This document shows, in pieces, positions 60,502-64,000 of a stretch of DNA of 64,000 nt (within the stretch, counting starts at the first letter, position 1; every line of letters begins with the position of its first letter). Below the pieces are notes generated by a model that was not told the DNA's origin, did not search any database, and worked only from the letters and a program-made list of their open reading frames with translations. The position numbers were made by a program, and so were the translations under genes. Origin of the DNA: a virus; the IMG/VR virus record IMGVR_UViG_3300035698_010154, positions 12,835-76,834 of that record. One strand, given 5' to 3'.

Positions 60502-61067
60502 GAAGATATATAGATGAAACAAATGGTATATGGAATCTGGAAATGGCATCAAGACATCATAGTTATGATCCTGTTCTAGCTGGTGCCATAAAATATTTGT
60601 ATAAGAACCCAAAAAGAGTAGCTGATCTTGGATGTGGAACTGGTAGGTATTGTAAGATACTAGAATCATTTGACTGGATTGTTGATGGATATGAGGGAAC
60701 AGAAAATATAATGGAATTGGGTATCTATGATAATATTTTCCACATAGATTTATCTAAACCATTATTACCCATTAAATATAACTATGACTTAGTTATGTGC
60801 CTTGAAGTAGGTGAGCATATACCCAAAGATCGAGAAGATACATTCATTGATAATGTTGCACAATTTGTCACAAAAGATCTAGTATTAAGCTGGGCGATTC
60901 CCGGTCAGGGTGGTAAAGGGCACTTTAATGAGAGATCTAATAAATATGTCATCAAGAAATTCAGAGAACGCGGACTATATGTGAAAAAGAGATGGTCTAA
61001 GGTACTAAGATACTATAGTACACTGCGTTGGTTCAAAAATACAATCATAGTCATGGAAAGAAAATAA
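60498..61067 (+). CDS. Class I SAM methyltransferase
   Basis: DLGCGTG, CLEVGEHIP, SWAIPGQGGKGHFNE. Confidence 0.85.
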   Translation: MRRYIDETNGIWNLEMASRHHSYDPVLAGAIKYLYKNPKRVADLGCGTGRYCKILESFDWIVDGYEGTENIMELGIYDNIFHIDLSKPLLPIKYNYDLVMCLEVGEHIPKDREDTFIDNVAQFVTKDLVLSWAIPGQGGKGHFNERSNKYVIKKFRERGLYVKKRWSKVLRYYSTLRWFKNTIIVMERK

Positions 61068-61687
61068 TGGGTATTGAATATCTTAGAAACTTTGAATTCG
61101 GGTCAGCATGGACAGTAATAGACCAACTAGCCCCTATAATTTTATCCAATGTTATGGGTTCTATTATAGAAATCGGTATGGGCAACTCAACCTTAATGCT
61201 CTTAAAACATGCCATTAAATATAATAGGTTTATGATGAGTTGTGATCGTAGCGATCAAATTGTTAATAGAATCAAAAATGCCATTGACAAACATGATCTG
61301 AATCATAAAAATCATTATATCCATCAATGTACTTCAACAATTTTTATAGAAAATCTAAAAGAAACACTATCAAAGAGTTGGAACCACGAACACTACACAC
61401 CTGCCATGATATTCATAGATGGCAATCACCACTATGAGAACACAAAAATAGAAGTTGATTACTTTTTAAGTATTCTACCACAAAATGCTATGATGTTCTT
61501 ACATGATACATACCCTCTAAAATATTACTATGAGGCCAAAATGAAACGTGGTGGTAATAAAGCCGACTCATATAAGATAAGACACTATTTAGAAAGCAAA
61601 GATGATTTATTCACATTCACATGGCCATATACAGCATCATATTGTGGTCTAACTATGGTCATGAAGAAAGATCCAACAAGACCTTAA
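61067..61687 (+). CDS. Class I SAM methyltransferase (Methyltransf_24-like), paralog of 58584..59135
   Basis: EIGMGNST, FIDGNH, HDT, FTWPY..CGL; start probably MGIEY. Confidence 0.8.
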   Translation: MGIEYLRNFEFGSAWTVIDQLAPIILSNVMGSIIEIGMGNSTLMLLKHAIKYNRFMMSCDRSDQIVNRIKNAIDKHDLNHKNHYIHQCTSTIFIENLKETLSKSWNHEHYTPAMIFIDGNHHYENTKIEVDYFLSILPQNAMMFLHDTYPLKYYYEAKMKRGGNKADSYKIRHYLESKDDLFTFTWPYTASYCGLTMVMKKDPTRP

Positions 61688-61700
61688 AGGGGTAATTTAT

Positions 61701-61883
61701 ATGATAGGGAAGATTGAATATAAAGATTTTACAGGATGGTCATGGGAATGCCCTACTTGTGAATGCGAAGTGGTAGAGGATGTTGATCCAATTTATAACA
61801 CGTTTGTATACTGTGATTACTGCGGTGAAGGCTTTTATCCTATAAAAAGTATCCTTGTCAAACACAACCACAAAAAGGAGTGA
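61701..61883 (+). CDS. Small zinc-ribbon protein
   Basis: CPTC, CDYCG. Confidence 0.55.
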   Translation: MIGKIEYKDFTGWSWECPTCECEVVEDVDPIYNTFVYCDYCGEGFYPIKSILVKHNHKKE

Positions 61884-61886
61884 GTT

Positions 61887-62771
61887 ATGGATTATAGACT
61901 GAGAGAGTTAAAAGATGGTTCAACAACAATAGACATAAAGGCTCTTTGCAAGGATATGGAAAAACTATGGTGGACGCAGTATGGCTCACAGTTCACCTAT
62001 TGGGACAAGAAGTTCACCTATGATAAGAAAGAGTTCAAATATAATAAGATTTCTCTTTGTACGAATGTGATGGATAGACTACATGATCTAAAACAAACGT
62101 TACCACAAAACATGAAAGACAACAAAGACTCCCCATATATTGAGTATGTTATACTTGATTATAACAGTACAGAAGACAATCCAGGTAAGTGGATAAAGGA
62201 CAACTATGCTGATATGATTAAATCTGGTGAGATGGTTTTCTTACAGGAACGGACTGTGAAAACTTATAGTATGTCCCACTCAAGGAATATTTGTTTCAAA
62301 ATGGCCACAGGTGATATAGTCATTAATATAGACGCTGATGGGTTCACTAATAAAATGTTCTGTACATTTTTGAACAAACTAGCTAATGAGCAACCAGAGA
62401 AAGCTATATTCACGAAGGGGAAGAGAATGACTAGAGGTCGCCTCGGTTTTTATAGGAATGAATTCATTAATATACTTGGTGGATATGATGAAAACATGGA
62501 AGGATATGGTCATGATGATAAAGACTTGATGTACAGAGCATGGCAAAGTGGACTCAAGATGATGTTCTTTGGTGGTGACTATTATAGAGCAGTAGAAGGA
62601 CACAAGAAACATCAATCAACCAACTATAAGAGACATTGGAAGATAACAGAGGCTCGGAACAAATTGATATCAATAGCAAATTTGATTGCTGGTGATCTCA
62701 AAGCCAACCAGGATCATCATTGGGGAAAGGCAAAAATTAGAAAGAACTTTGGAGAGTGGATTGAAATATAA
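61887..62771 (+). CDS. GT2/GT7-like glycosyltransferase
   Basis: LDYNSTE, SRN, NIDAD, GGYDENMEGYGHDDKDL. Confidence 0.85.
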   Translation: MDYRLRELKDGSTTIDIKALCKDMEKLWWTQYGSQFTYWDKKFTYDKKEFKYNKISLCTNVMDRLHDLKQTLPQNMKDNKDSPYIEYVILDYNSTEDNPGKWIKDNYADMIKSGEMVFLQERTVKTYSMSHSRNICFKMATGDIVINIDADGFTNKMFCTFLNKLANEQPEKAIFTKGKRMTRGRLGFYRNEFINILGGYDENMEGYGHDDKDLMYRAWQSGLKMMFFGGDYYRAVEGHKKHQSTNYKRHWKITEARNKLISIANLIAGDLKANQDHHWGKAKIRKNFGEWIEI

Positions 62772-63609
62772 CAACATATATGAAATAAGAGTATGGGGTC
62801 TAAAGCGATCAGGCAATCATGCCATAATAAATTGGATTGCATCAATGTTTGATGAGCCTGTATATTTCTTTAACAACTGTCGTCTATACAAAGATGCATC
62901 AGATCAAATATTCTGTAAATCAAGATTTGGTAGAAATGGAGACATTAATCATAAAAAATACTATGTAAGTAATGATGGGTATAGTTATAGAAAGAAAAAG
63001 AAAATTGCATACAAAATATATGACAAGTACTTAATCTATAGCTTTGAAAATATGGATATAAAGTTATCCAACACAATAACACATTGGGCTGGTGAGAGCA
63101 AATATAAATTCGATGTGTTGATTCTCAGAGATATATGGAACTGGATGGCAAGCTATGTATCTATAAACAATAGAAATTGTTTACCAGGAACACCATTGAA
63201 TGAATACAATCCAGAATATAAAGATGATCCATATGCCAAGTATATAAGCGGAGTAGGTTTCCTTGAAATTAAATATTTGTATGATATGTGGTATGAGCAT
63301 GCTAATGAGTGCATTGGTAATACAAATCATCTACAATATAATTTTGTACCAATTCTGTTCAACAATTGGATTACTGATGAAAAGTATAGAAAAAATATAG
63401 CATCAAAATTCAAACTAGAGAACAATGATGAAACATTAGAACATACAAGTTTTCCAGGTAGTTCATTTAGTGATGAAGAAGATAAAAATGTATTAGAGCG
63501 ATGGAGAAAATATGAGCACAGCACAGCATTTTGGACTCAATTATTAAACTGTAATGATGCAACAAACCTTTCAAAAAAAATATTCGGGAGATTAAAGAAA
63601 AGTGGATAA
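62761..63609 (+). CDS. Sulfotransferase-like protein
   Basis: GLKRSGNHAIINWI (PAPS-binding-like) and LRDIWNWMAS; start uncertain. Confidence 0.6.
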   Translation: MKYNNIYEIRVWGLKRSGNHAIINWIASMFDEPVYFFNNCRLYKDASDQIFCKSRFGRNGDINHKKYYVSNDGYSYRKKKKIAYKIYDKYLIYSFENMDIKLSNTITHWAGESKYKFDVLILRDIWNWMASYVSINNRNCLPGTPLNEYNPEYKDDPYAKYISGVGFLEIKYLYDMWYEHANECIGNTNHLQYNFVPILFNNWITDEKYRKNIASKFKLENNDETLEHTSFPGSSFSDEEDKNVLERWRKYEHSTAFWTQLLNCNDATNLSKKIFGRLKKSG

Positions 63610-64000
63610 ACTAAACATATATGATAGTAACCACCATTCCTATCAAATCGCAAGAATGATCATCGACAACAATTATAAACGATTTGCTGAGGTTGGTATA
63701 TGGCAATGCAGAACATTGAGTAGAATATTAAAGAGCAATGCTAGTGATCAAATAGAAGAATACTGGGCAATAGATAATTTCGATCATGTTGAGAGTGGAT
63801 ATCATAGAGAACTAAGCAAAGAAGTATGGGATAGTGCATACGCTCAAGCGTGTGGGCACATGATACACAACCAATCACTAAAAGTTCTAAGAATGAAATC
63901 TGTAGACGCTTGTAAGTTATTTGAAAATGAATACCTAGATATGGTATTCATCGATGCGTCTCATGATTATGATGCAGTGGTTGAAGATATAAAATGTTGG
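63602..64000 (+). CDS. Methyltransf_24-like methyltransferase, truncated by window end
   Basis: AEVGIW..LDMVFIDASHDYDAVVEDIKCW; paralog of 49859..50452. Confidence 0.75.
   Translation, partial: MDKLNIYDSNHHSYQIARMIIDNNYKRFAEVGIWQCRTLSRILKSNASDQIEEYWAIDNFDHVESGYHRELSKEVWDSAYAQACGHMIHNQSLKVLRMKSVDACKLFENEYLDMVFIDASHDYDAVVEDIKCW

Noticed and set aside
1-64000. Stop-codon reassignment
   Set aside because: Core genes are full length in code 11 and TAA, TAG and TGA all end genes; the breaks in gp46 and gp17 change frame and are explained by split inteins
1-64000. tRNA/rRNA genes
   Set aside because: No cloverleaf or rRNA-like sequence recognised by eye; a tRNAscan run would be needed to exclude them

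Overview
AT-rich 64-kb segment of a large T4-like (myovirus/jumbo) phage genome in the standard genetic code. Left part: a tail/baseplate module (gp19/54-, gp26-, gp51-, tape-measure-, gp48-, gp53-, gp27-, gp5-, PAAR-, gp25-, gp6- and gp7-like genes). It is interrupted by a ~4.8-kb island of small minus-strand genes and a ~2.5-kb non-coding multi-family repeat region (candidate origin), and followed by five paralogous fibre-like genes. Middle: gp55 late sigma, gp47, a fractured gp46 joined by an atypically split intein, uvsX, a glycosyltransferase/epimerase pair and a GC-richer foreign insert. Right: gp16 and a fractured gp17 (atypical split TerL intein) separated by a complete prkA(yeaG)-yeaH-spoVR triad, with LAGLIDADG inteins in both prkA and spoVR. 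These are followed by neck gene gp13 and a >9.7-kb cluster of glycosyltransferases, an epimerase, methyltransferases and a sulfotransferase-like gene. T4-type late promoters (TATAAATA) and TTTAC(A/T)-N17-TATAAT-like promoters are visible. Most notable: the phage-borne PrkA-YeaH-SpoVR module inside the terminase locus, two split inteins with short N-fragments, a candidate virion-glycosylation system and the repeat region. All product calls come from motif recognition and synteny by eye; no searches were run.
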